Source: Octopus sinensis
Taxonomy: Eukaryota
Direction: 5' to 3'
Length of the DNA: 64,000 nt
Assembly (NCBI RefSeq): GCF_006345805.1
Contig: NW_021836165.1
Span: forward strand, 2,357 to 66,356
Positions 23,142-35,140 of the stretch are shown here, piece after piece (position 1 is the stretch's first letter; the number at the start of each line of letters is the position of its first letter). The translations under genes were made by a program, and so were the position numbers. The notes under the pieces were generated by a model. It was not told where the DNA came from and made no database searches. It saw only the letters and a program-made list of their open reading frames with translations.

Positions 23142-26100
23142 ATGAAAAATAGTGATTTAACAAAAATTGATAAAGTAAATCACAACTTGACAAAGGTAAT
23201 AAAAATTTTAATCTATTTTAATAGATATTTGAACAAAGAAAAGAAATAAACAAAAGACAAATGCAGAAAAAAGGAAAAACGAATCTATACAAACAAAAAT
23301 TATTCGAAAAGAAAACAACAGACAAAGGAAGACGATTGCAAGAAGTCAAGAAACAGAAGAAAGAAAAATTAACAGAAAAGAAAACGACAGACAAAGGAGG
23401 ACGATTGCAAGAAGTCAAGAAACAGAAGAAAGAAAAATTAACAGAAAAGAAAACGACAGACAAAGGAGGACGATTGCAAGAAGTCAAGAAACAGAAGAAA
23501 GAAAAATTAACAGAAAAGAAAACGACAGACAAAGGAGGACGATTGCAAGAAGTCAAGAAACAGAAGAAAGAAAAATTAACAGAAAAGAAAACGACAGACA
23601 AAGGAGGACGATTGCAAGAAGTCAAGAAACAGAAGAAAGAAAAATTAACAGAAAAGAAACAAACAGAATAAGAAACGTTACAATGAGAAGCCAAAAAATC
23701 AAGAAGATCGTTATAAAGAATATCAAGAAATTATATCACGGAGGAATACGAAATTATATAATTCTAAATTATTGGGAAATCTAGGATTTAATTATAATGC
23801 AGTTAATGATTTTAAATATTTGGGGAATATCGGCACTATGTCCGATATATGTAAATTTTGTTCGGCCCTAAAATTTAAAGGGGAAACAGCAGGCATGTGT
23901 TGCAATCTTGGTAAGGTAAATTTGCCTTCCTTATCGATTCCACCAAAACCACTATTGACGCTATTAAGAAATGAATCGCCGATCTCTAAGCATTTTCTTG
24001 AAAATATTCGAAAGTATAATAATTGTTTTCAGATGACATCGTTTGGAACAACAGGTAATTTTATTTATACGGGTTATATGCCCACATATAAGGTTCTTGG
24101 TCAAGTTTATCATAGGATGGGGTCACTACTCCCAAATGCAGGTGAGCAACATAGCTTTTTACAAATATATTTTTTGGAAAATTTTGAGGATCAGTCAACA
24201 AGAAGATTAGAAACAGAACCAAAATTACGTCAATCTATAATTAACATGTTACAAAACATGTTACAAGAACATAATTCATATATTTTATCTTTTAGGACTG
24301 TTATGCGGACTACAAGAGAAAAGGACTATAAAGTAATTATTCATGCAGATAGGACACCTACGGGAGCACATGAAGGACGGTACAACATACCAAGTTCTAA
24401 TCAGGTTGGGGTTTTGATAGTAGGGCAACAATATGATAAACGAGATATTATCGTTAATCATAAAGACAGTGGACTACGAAGAATTTCAGAAACACATCGT
24501 TCATATGATGCTCTACAGTACCCTCTGATATTTTCAAGAGGGGCAGATGGATATAATTTTAAGGTTATGCAGCAAAATCCACTGACAGGACAAAATACAA
24601 ATAAAAAAATTAGCTGTATGGCATTTTACTCCTATAGATTCATGCTAAGAAAAGAAGAATTTAATACTATTCATCGAACAGGACAATTGTTTAATCATAT
24701 TTAGTTGACATGTATGCGAAGATTGAATGAGAGACTATTATACTTTCGTTTAAATCAACGAAAACTTAGAGCAGAAGAATATATACATCTCAGAGATGCG
24801 ATTATTAATGATGGTAATGTTTCTGATGTAGGTCAAATGATCATATTACCCTCATCATTTACAGGAGGACCAAGATATATGCATGAACGAACACAAGATG
24901 CAATGACATACGTAAGAAATTACGGTACTCCAGATTTATTCATTACGATTACGTGTAATCCTAAATGGCCAGAAATTATTGATAACTTATTCATAGGTCA
25001 AAAGTCCGAGAATAGACATGATATAATTGCAAGAGTTTTTAGACAGAAAATTATTAAACTGATGGACCTAATAACGAAGAGTCATATATATGGGAAGACA
25101 CGATGCCATATGTATACAGTTGAATGGCAGAAAAGAGGACTTCCACATTCACACATTTTGATATGGTTAGTTAACAAAATTAGGCCCACTGAAATAGACG
25201 ACTGCATATCCGCTGAAATTCCAAATCCAGAAGAGGATCTGGAATTATATGAGACCATCAGGAAAAATATGATACATGGTCCATGTGGAATTCTTAATAG
25301 GTCTTCACCATGTATGAAGAACGGTAAGTGTAGTAAAGGGTATCCAAAAGAATTTCTTTTCAATACTCAAACAGGAGAAAATGGGTATCCTCTTTACCGT
25401 AGGAGAAGGCCAAATGATGGGGGACATACAGTGACTATCAACGAAGGCAAGGAAAATGAAATAACAGTGGATAACAGGTGGGTAGTGCCTTATAGTCCAC
25501 TGTTATGTAAAATTATATTAATGTATAAATATAAATGTTCTGCAACTCAATTAAATCAATTAAATATGTCTGCAAATACATCAACAAGGGGTCAGATCAG
25601 GCAGTTTTTACTATTGAAGGACGGGATGAGGTGACTCAATACATGCATGGGAGATATATTTGCAGCAGTGAGGCTGCGTGGAAAATATTTGGATTTCCCA
25701 TACATGATAGATATCCTTTGGTAATGCATTTAGAGGTACATTTGGAAAATGGACAAAGAGTTTACTTCAATGAAGAAAATGTACAAGACCAAATACAAAA
25801 CCCAAGGAATTCTACACTAATGGCTTTTTTTGAACTTTGTACATTAGACACATTTGCAAAAACATTATTATATTGTGAAATTCCAAGATACTACAGGTGG
25901 GAAACTACCGGTAAGAAATTCAAACGAAGGATAAGAGGAGAACCAGTGAATGGACATCCAGGAATTGTAAGTAGTGATGCATTGGGCAGGGTGTACACAG
26001 TTCACCCTAATAATGCCGAATGTTATTGTGTTAGGTTACTTCTGCATAACATCCGAGGACCGACATTTTTTACCGATTTAAAGACAGTTGATGGAGTAAT

Positions 26101-27865
26101 CTGCGCAACATTTAGAGAAGCCTGTTTAAATTGGGACTTTTAGAGGATGATAAAAGCTGGGACGACGCATTGACCGAAGCTGGGATTTTCAATATGCCAT
26201 CAAAGATTAGATATTTATTTACATTGATGTTGGCATATTGTAATATATCAAATCCTCTACAACTGTGGGAGAAGCATAAAGAAATAATGTGTGAAGATAT
26301 ATTAAAGAGGGATGCAAAATCAGGTTTTGACGAGGACATTTTTAATGAAGGATTACTAATTATTAATAGATCACTCGAATCAGTCATTGGGAAAAATATA
26401 TGTGAGTACGGGTTTAGCGTTAACAGTCAAAATATTACAAATAATTTGGAATATGACAAATATAATTTAGAAGAACTACAAAAAATACTTAATGAAAGGG
26501 AACCGAATTTATTGGAAGGTCAATTAAGAATCTACAATGAAATAAACAGAAAGATTGAAGAAAATGATGGTAAAATATTCTTCATAGATGCACCGGGAGG
26601 TACAGGTAAAACATATCTATTAAATTTATTATTGGCAAAGGCGAGATGCAATAATAAAATAGCTATAGCAGTTGCTTCTACAGGTATTGCGGCTACGCTT
26701 TTAGATGGTGGACGAACAGCACATTCAATGTTCAAACTACCATTAAATCTAGCAAAGGATATGGAGCCAGTTTGTAATATTAAAGGAAATTCACTTATTG
26801 GGACTATTATACGTGATTGTAATCTAATAGTATGGGATGAGTGTACAATGGTAAGTAAAAGAGCATTTGAAGCAGTTGACAGAACTTTTCGCGACATCAA
26901 ACATTCAGATTCACCTTTTGGTGGATCGGTGTTAGTATTAGCAGGTGATTTTAGACAGACACTGCCTATTATTCAAAGAGGAACACCAGCAGATGAACTT
27001 AATGCATGTTTGAAATCATCGTATTTGTGGACCTTGGTAAAAAAAATAAGTCTAAATGTAAATATTCGTGCACAAAAGTCAGAAACAAATTCATTCGCTA
27101 AGGTACTTTTAAATGTAGGGAATGGAACACTCGAAACAAATTCAGAAGATTTTAAGGTATCACTACCTCCAGAGTTATGCATAAATGTAAACAGACCAGA
27201 AGAATTATTAACCTCAGTTTATCCAAATCTAGAGGAAAATTACACATGCTTTGACTGGCTTAGGGAAAGAGCAATACTAGCACCACTAAATGACGAAGTA
27301 CATAATATTAATTTAGATTTGCTCATTAAATTACCAGGAATGGAACGTATTTATAAATCTGTAGATGTAATTATGGATCAAGAAACAGCATGTGAATATC
27401 CTGTGGAATTTCTAAATTCTTTAGAACCGTCAGGGATGCCTCATCATACTTTAAAATTAAAGGTAGGAGCGCCAGTTGTTCTATTACGAAATCTAGAATC
27501 TCCAAGGTTATGTAATGGTACAAGATTAGTAATAACAAATTTAATGTCTAATATTATAGAAGCAACGATATTAACGGGGAAAAATAAAGGAGAAGATGTT
27601 TATATTCCAAAAATTCCAATAATTTCGGATGAATTACCATTTAGATTTAAGAGACTACAATTTCCATTGAAGTTGAGTTTCGCAATGACAATCAACAAAT
27701 CACAGGGACAAACCCTTAAAGTAGTAGGTTTATTTTTAGCAAGTGAATGTTTTTCACATGGACAATTGTATGTAGGTTGTTCTAGGGTAGGTGAACGAGA
27801 AAACCTATTCATATACCAAAGATTGTCGTACAAGCAATATAGTGTATCAACAAGCATTACAATAA
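23142..27865 (+). CDS. Helitron RepHel protein (STPR-like repeats, Zn finger, HUH Rep, PIF1-type SF1 helicase); frameshifted in this assembly
   Basis: CKFC...MCCNLGK zinc finger; VEWQKRGLPHSHILIW (HUH); KYVCKYINKGSD (Y2); IDAPGGTGKT, VWDECTM, LAGDFRQTLP, FAMTINKSQGQT. The start is inferred via intron 23196-23224; the end is TSNIVYQQALQ*. Confidence 0.9.
23281..23694 (+). repeat. 69-bp coding tandem repeat x6 (4 identical), 23-aa STPR-like units
   Basis: Units start at 23281, 23350, 23419, 23488, 23557 and 23626; that frame reads ETEERKINRKENDRQRRTIARSQ. Confidence 0.9.
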
Positions 27866-28473
27866 TAAGATCTATATAATATTTGATAATTTTTATACTA
27901 TAACAATCAATTTTTTATTATATAGACGAGTGCTTTTCACATGGCCAGCTGTATGTGGGATGCTCAAGGGTAGGTAGAAGAGAAAATTTATATTTGCCAA
28001 GGATGGACGGACTGCAAACATCGTTTATCCACAGGCCTTAGAATAAGGTTATATCAAAGCAGGTCGCATTTATATATCTAAATAAATTTATAGTTATTTA
28101 AGGAAACTGCGAGCGTAGCGAGCAGGGCCTCCGCAGGAGCTAGCTCGCAGTGAGCAAAGCGAACTGCTGAGCTAGTTAATTGATAAAATGAAAAAAATTC
28201 GCTTGCAAAATAAACTTTATCCAAGATATTTTACCAGTAGTCAATTTAATAATCTTCACAAAAATAGAAAAGCAAAAATATTATAAAAATAAAACATTGA
28301 TTTCAATAAATAATCAAATAAGAATTAAAAACAAAAATGCACAACAAAACAACAGAATATGACGTAAACACGTGAAAAATTTATCGTATTAATTCAATAA
28401 GTTAAAAAATTTAGAAAATAAAATAAATAAAATTTAATATCTTCAGTCTGTTTGACATCAGCTTCTGTCACTT

Positions 28474-28809
28474 AGGAATAGGAATAGGAAGTTTTATTGG
28501 AACAGAGAAAAGTTAAAGGTTAGGGGGGAGTTTGTATAATGAAACAATAGGACTACCATCGACTTCTTCCCAGAAAAAAAAAAGACCCCCTCAAGTAAAT
28601 TTTTTTTTTTTTTTTTTTTTTTTCTTTTCTACCTCTGCAGGTACGTCCCAGTGACAATTGAGTTGGATTTATAACCACTTATAGCTTTTTCGACAGTTTC
28701 ACCGACCATGGAGGATTTACTTTCAAGCCACAGGGGGATTGGATCTTCAACTTTTTGGTGGTAAGCAAGCTTCAAAGCGAGCCTGCGAGACTTTTCAAAT
28801 TCTGTTTGA
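28474..28809 (-). mobile_element. young 5'-truncated LINE with 30-bp target-site duplication
   Basis: CAGTCTGTTTGACATCAGCTTCTGTCACTT at 28444-28473 and 28810-28839; EFEKSRRLALKLAY resembles EKIRRYALKLAY of the 20275 element; AATAAA plus (ATTCCT)n tail. Confidence 0.85.
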
Positions 28810-28929
28810 CAGTCTGTTTGACATCAGCTTCTGTCACTTTAAAAAAACAAACATAATAACACATAAAGAGAGTTAATACAAATTAGAAAATTATGACTTG
28901 CCAAAAACAGGCTGCACCGCAGATAACAA

Positions 28930-29530
28930 ACAAATTACTTCACAAGATTGCTATAGATACCCTCTAGTACAGCCACCTGGTTTCCCGGTAATCATTGGTC
29001 TTCTTTCCGACGAGATTCCCGATGACCGAAAGAATCCTCTTCCCCGCAGTCCAATTCACGCGACTCGTCTCCACAGCAATTAGAACAAAATGGGATGCGT
29101 CAGGAATCGACGCGTACTTCCTCCGCTTGTTTTTTCTTCGGCCCGACAAGACGCTAAGCCAGAGCACGACGCAGACTGAGTAACGGTTCCCTGAGCAAAG
29201 GTGTCAGCACAGGTTACATCCCAAACGAGACACTCCCTTTGCTGTGTAAGAATACCGTCATTCCGTCCGGACGCTTGCCGTCTCCGCGATCAAGACCAGT
29301 GAGCTTCAGAACCGAAGGGAAGGCTGCGACATTAAGTCTTAGTTTGACGACGTTGTTCAAACTGGAGTGTCTCGAGGTACGTCCACCACTTGACCGACAA
29401 GAAATAGGATGGAGGTTATCCGAGACTATCAACTGCCCACACTTGCATGGGTGGGGCTGGCAAAGAATGATTCCGAGTCATAAACAGGTACCGAGTCGAA
29501 CTAACTCATCATCCAAAAGTATCCAGCCGA
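28930..29530 (-). mobile_element. CRE-like retrotransposon zinc knuckle/RLE fragment
   Basis: HPCKCG...LHPISCRSSGGRTSRHSSLNNVV...GLDRGDGKRPDGMTVF...IAVETS. Confidence 0.85.
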
Positions 29531-29649
29531 GGATAGTGGGACGGCATTTAACCAGTTTAACCAGTGTGTTGCAGTGGAGAGAAATCGAGAGTGAAAGAAA
29601 ATTCAGTCAGTTCGAAATGTTAAGAAAAGGGAAAAAGAACAGAATTCAC

Positions 29650-30300
29650 AAAATTTCTCGATTCCGAGAGGAAAGCAAAAATTATTTTAGCAACGTTCTC
29701 CCTGATCTGATTTCCACGTCAGTTCGGCGTTGGTGTCAGAAATGCCTGTGAAGCATCTGCCTACGGACTGAGGGAACTGGCCAAAAGCCAACTCCCAAAT
29801 CTCGTTTCTCGTTAAGCTTGATGTGTGCAACGCCGTCAACAGTGTTTGCAGGGATCACATCCTGGAAGTCATTTACGCCCGTTGATCGACCGATTGTTTA
29901 CCTATCTTACGCGTGTCCCTCAAATCTTATTTGGGAAAAATTTGCTAATCTCAGTGTCTAGTCTAGTGTTTAGCAGAGGGATCCATTAAGCTCTTTCCTA
30001 TTTGCCCTCGCAGTGAACCATATTGCCCAAAAACTGTCAAGCCCGCTCAATTTCTGGTATCTTGACAATATTACCTTGGGTGGTTTGCTTGAATCCATAC
30101 GCAACGATGTTGATGATATTATTTAGGGTTTTTGCCGAATCAGGCTATTCCTTAATCGGAATTCATTTGGGGGTTCTCCCGACTACTCTCTATTTGATTA
30201 GGCCTTCGCATCCCTTTCTGAAAAGGTTGTCGGTCTCAGATCGACAGATCTGACAAATCTGGTTCTCCTTGGTTTGACAATCTCTAATGGAAGAATGTCC
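29650..30300 (+). mobile_element. CRE-like RT fragment
   Basis: LVKLDVCNAVNSVCRDHILE, QRDPLSSFLFALAV, NFWYLDNITL. Confidence 0.7.
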
Positions 30301-31499
30301 AGTGCTATCCTAGATATTAAACGTGAGTTAATTCTGACTCTAGAACAAATCTCAGACGTTGAAGTACATGTCCGAATAGTGTAACAAAGGGTGAACGCTA
30401 CGTGACGGAGTTTAAAAAAGAATGTTGTATACGCCCAATAATGAACATTTGGGTTAATTACTAAAAAGATCAAAATAGTATGTAGATAGAAATAATTTTA
30501 ATTCAAAAACCCATAAAAATTTCAAAATAATAAAAAATCAAAATAATCAAAATAATTAATTTAAAAGAATCAAAATTGACTTGTATCAGGATTTCTTTTA
30601 TGGTAATTCAATTATTTTTGTATTCAATTCAATTATTTTTGTATTCAAAAATGGGAGATTTCTTTTATATCGGACAACCCCTGAGGGTCGCTTACTCTGC
30701 CTTTAGAGCCCAATTTCTTTCAGAACCATGTAGCTTTATACTGTGGCCTAAAAGCCAATGATTATCCATTTGTCTTAATTTGGATGCTAGATATGTGTAT
30801 TTTTTACGTTTCAAATAACAAACAATAATAGTTGAATAACTTGAAGCACTTATAGTTTTGAAAGTGGTTTGTTAGATTGTGCTACATCTAAATACGACTA
30901 TATTCAGAAAGATCAATTCAAAACTAGCATGTATTGAGGCCATCAATTCTAAATTTATGGAGTCTATTTTGGATAATATTGAAAGAAGCTTTAAAAGAAG
31001 CGAGTTTATACTACTCGCAAAAATTTAAGTCACTTTCTAGTAACTGATTACAAGAAAACACTAATTATAATAATTAGAAGTAAAAATTAGTATCCCGACT
31101 CTAATAAGTCCACATAATTTAACTTTTTATTTCACCTGCTTCAATGTGGATAGCCTATATCAGTAATTTTTTAACGTAGGCGATATCGCTGAAATGGGGC
31201 AATGAATTTTATGAGACAGTGCGGTGGATTTTTAATTTAAAGCGTATGATTGGTAATAAAAATTTTAAATATATTCTATTAAATTTTTACTAATTCTTAG
31301 ATATTTTAACATTATTTTCGATATAAACTTATTCGCAACTTTTTAAAAGTAAGAAGAAAGTGACTGTTTTATTATTGCAAGTGGGTAAAAATTCTTTCTT
31401 TTATTAATTGGGAAATCTAAATCTCCGAGGTGTCTGAAAAATTTCAATCTAGGAGATAATGAAGTTATTTATGCATCTTAAAAAATTTATGGATGACAA

Positions 31500-31950
31500 A
31501 GAATTTCGTCGTAGCGCTGACCGTTTCCCTTTAGGCTTAATGATGTGGTGAGCCGCGCCCTGCATCTGCAGGATTCTCTAATGTGTTGGAACCATTTGGG
31601 TGAATCGAAAGCGCCCAGATGGCACTAAATATTTCCCTTCGATTACGGGAAATGCCTTTCTAAGACGCGACATGTTCAGAAACTTTCTCTTCCGATAATC
31701 TGATCTCGCAGTTGCCAAGCTTGGCTTGGCGCAAGACACATGAGCTCGCAAAATTAAAAAATACTCATCCCGGCTAGAAATCACATTCTTGCGCCAATAG
31801 CTGTAAAGACATCCGGGGTCATCAATCCGAAATCGCTTTCTTTTGTCGGCTGGGGACGAAAACCGCTGAGAAAGAAAAAATCCCAACGAGACTCGTGATT
31901 TTCTCCAAACTGCCAGGTCGTCTTATGCGCCGGAAGTTCAATATTCGTTT
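31500..31950 (+). mobile_element. CRE-like RLE fragment
   Basis: LNDVVSRAL, NVLEPFG, KRPDG, IFPFDYGKCL..DATCSETFS, APIAVKTSG across frames. Confidence 0.7.
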
Positions 31951-32046
31951 AGTTGTGATTTTTTTGTTTATATAATCACATTTTCTTTCAAAAGAATTTT
32001 CATATAATTTTATAGTTGTAATTTGAAAAATTAACTATTACTACAC

Positions 32047-32340
32047 ATGTCATCTTCGTTGCGTCGTGATCTTAAACTTTCTCAAAAATTTGACATAATC
32101 AATTTGATTATCCAAGGAGGTCAAACTCGTGCAGTTCTATCTGCAAGATTAAGTTTTCTCGGTCTCAAGTTTCACGGATTTTGAAAATTAGAGTAGAAAT
32201 TGAGGACGATGAAAATGCCATGCCCGTGAAAAACGCCAGTTCAGAAGCTATGGGTTCATGGAGATTCACACGCAGTTTCTTACTAATAGCTATTTAAAAA
32301 GTAAAATGGATATGGACAACTTTATGAAGTAGAAAAAGCT
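32047..32340 (+). mobile_element. pogo/Tigger transposase N-terminal HTH remnant
   Basis: MSSSLRRDLKLSQKFDII...SRSQVSRILKIR; HGDSHAV. Confidence 0.65.
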
Positions 32341-32429
32341 TCCTAAGCCTCTTCATAAGGCTTTCCAGTATAAATGTTAAGAAATTATCGATGTTTACTG
32401 TAAAGCGATAATCATCTCAACTGTAGTTT

Positions 32430-33250
32430 TTAGTTCTTAATTAAACACGGTGTGAAACATCTGCAGTGTATTATGTCATGATTCTTTCTCTTTAATACTG
32501 AAACATTCATTATTTTCTCGGAAACAAGTTTTTAATCATCCCAAAAATATCGGAAAACCAAATAATTTTTAAAAACTAAAAAGGTAATATTTAGGACAGA
32601 TATTATTCAATCAATTTTGACATTAATTTTCACTTTGCAGAAGATGGTACGAGCCCATAAAATTAAGAAGAAATTTTGAAACGATACATTCTAAATATGT
32701 CCATCGTTTCTTGTCATTAACGTTGATTTGCCTGTTAATTTTACAGTTGAGATAGAAAAATGTCGAAAACGATCATTTTTTCCATCCCATTAAAAACAAA
32801 ACTCAATGATAACAAGAAAATAAGTTTCAAAGTAAATTTTTGAAAAGAAATTTTAATGTTTTTTATTTGCTCCTGTGTTTGATATTTGGAATTGTGGAGA
32901 AAAAATTATAGCGGAAGGAATAATACAAAAAATAATACTGAATGGGTTGATGTAAAAGCATCGACAGAAAAAATAATAAAGCAATTGGATTCAACGATAT
33001 AAATGTCAGCGATTTATTTGTTAAATTCCAAATTTTATTAAAATTATCGAATATGTTTTTGCCTACCTGTCACTATTGCTCCTGTAGAAAGATCGTTTTC
33101 CATCAAGAATTCCACTTGGTCAAAAGAAAGAGATCGAATGAAAAAAGAAACCTTCAAATCATTTTAGAATTGTAAATTGAACATTCGGATGCCGTGGATT
33201 GATTTTTTGAAATAATCAAAAATTTCTAGATAAGTTCATTCAGTTCAAAA
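32430..33250 (+). mobile_element. hAT transposase remnant
   Basis: Dimerisation motif YVFCLPVTIAPVERSFS...WSKERDRM. Confidence 0.7.
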
Positions 33251-33299
33251 ATATAATCGAATTTCTTAGTTAATTTTAATTAAAGATATTTTCTTTTTT

Positions 33300-33570
33300 C
33301 TCTGTGAAATTTTTTTGGCAAGCCTCAGTACTGCGATATTACTGACGAAATCGTAAAGAACGGACAACTTTCCTGCCAATAAATTGTATTTATGACATTT
33401 CTCGACATCGACCTGCTTAAGGCGGTTTTGGAAAGTGATTCTCATTTCGATGAGAGAAATTTTGTTCTTAATTTTGTTGTACACAAATATGTCAGGCTTG
33501 TTGCACTTAATATTCGTGTCTGTAAGTATTTGAGAATCGATTCGTATTTCGACATTTTGTGATTGATTGG
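33300..33570 (-). mobile_element. R4/Dong-like RLE fragment
   Basis: NIKCNKPDIFVYNKIKNKISLIEMRIT...VEKCHKYNLLA (PD..E..K RLE motif). Confidence 0.75.
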
Positions 33571-34119
33571 AAAGAATAACTCTTCAATTTTTTGACTTTG
33601 CGGATTGCGTACTTCCTACATAGATGCAGGTGAATACATCTTACGACTTCGTTATGTCATAATCAGTAATAATATTGTAGTCCCGATAGAACAACAACAA
33701 GAAACCCTGCCGCAAGATGAGAACGGAATGTTAACATCTCGCTTGGGCCAGCCACATAAGATCAAGACAGAGAGAGAACATGTTATTAGGAAACTAACTA
33801 ATCCAGAGGAAGACGACCCGAACGAAGACATGTATTTCTGCTCCATCTAATTTTTCTTTTCGAGTGTGGCTGAAGTAGACATCCGGTTCTGCAGTGGTGT
33901 ATCATTGTTGACGGCGTCACTCGTCAATCCGGGGTGCATGTAATATGCATAGAACCTTCCGCCGAAATGATAACAGTGAGATTCGAACACAGGAGCTTTG
34001 GAAAACTACTAAGTTCTTCAGTCCTTAAATAAGGTGTAAGTAAAATTCAGAAAAATTACCTAATTTAAATAAATAAAATACATTCAGGTAAGTATTTCGG
34101 TTTTAAAACATTTACAGTC

Positions 34120-34700
34120 AGATCGAGGCTATACAGCGCAGGGATAGACAATAAAAGTCCCCGATGACCGAGTCAAGTAGGAATCTTAGGGGATATCCTT
34201 CTTGGGCACCACGATATAAAAGAACGATTTTATTTTTAAAAACAAGCGAGGTTGTTAAGTCATAAAGAGATCTACTAGATGTGCTATCTCAGGGTTTATT
34301 GCGATGCAGGTCTGAATAATTCGATTTTTCTTGACGTTGTTAAAAGCGTTTTTGAAATCGAGTTTAATAGCGACCAGGGGAAAAACATGAGTTGATTTGA
34401 AGAAATTACGAGCTACGTGTATTGGGTTTAGCATTTTTTTGAATTTCCAAGTTCTCTGCGGATTCATCACGTGCTTTGGGAAAGCTTTGGCTGCAAGTCT
34501 GCGGAAATAGTTTCCAACAGAAAAGGACTAATATCATTAGCCTTTTTTATCAATAAAAAAGTTTGCAGAGAAAAAAAGATCACTGGCTAAGGGAGGAATG
34601 TCTTCAATTCAAATTCGGTTGACCAGACTGGTGATGACCGAAAAAAAAGAGAAAATGTAAAGTCCTTGATGTGTTTAAGTCGTAAGCCCCTGAAAATTCT
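34120..34700 (-). mobile_element. CRE-like RT fragment
   Basis: VGNYFRRLAAK and IKLDFKNAFNNV. Confidence 0.7.
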
Positions 34701-34929
34701 TTCTGATTGATTAGATAAGTAAACAAATGTCTTTGATTGTATGAGAAAGTGGAAGTAAGTCATTGGGGAGGTTCCATTTGGTTTGCCTTTTATAAAGAGA
34801 GAGCATCAGCTAAGCTTTTAAAACAAAAACTTCATTCATAATTCTACGGATAACTGGGCGGATTCGTGTCTGTGTTTAATGAGCATACTCTCCTGCATAA
34901 CCGACTGAATATGTGTCCTCGTTCCTTCT

Positions 34930-35140
34930 TTAATAAATAACTTATTAATATGACTTTTAAAGAACGTTGAGGCAAGTCCATCCCATGTCAAAACAATCGG
35001 AACAATCTTTACTTTTGATTCATAGAGGACAAACAGTTAGTTTTTAAGAAGATCTTATTTGTGAAATTTGTGCCAATTCAATTTGCTCTAAAACGATCTT
35101 GTGAGGTAATGTTCACTTTGATTAAATAAATTTGTTTTTT
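34930..35140 (-). mobile_element. R4/Dong-like RLE fragment
   Basis: KVKIVPIVLTWDGLASTFFKSHINKL, homologous to 5375-5455. Confidence 0.65.

Larger units (their letters stand above)
21869..28175 (+). mobile_element. full-length autonomous Helitron (rolling-circle transposon)
   Basis: A|TCTATATAATAAAA 5' end with (TGTC)n microsatellite; GC-rich hairpins and CTAG|T 3' end; no TSD; empty site at ~19763; RepHel coding region inside. Confidence 0.96.

Noticed and set aside
23218-23694. ORFs 23261..23671 (+, Lys-rich) and 23218..23694 (-, Phe-rich) as real proteins
   Set aside because: Shadow frames of the 69-bp repeat; the degenerate end units conserve the ETEER frame.
33605-33850. Gypsy pol fragment
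   Set aside because: Only weak resemblance (NNIVVP, PHKIKT); no diagnostic motif.
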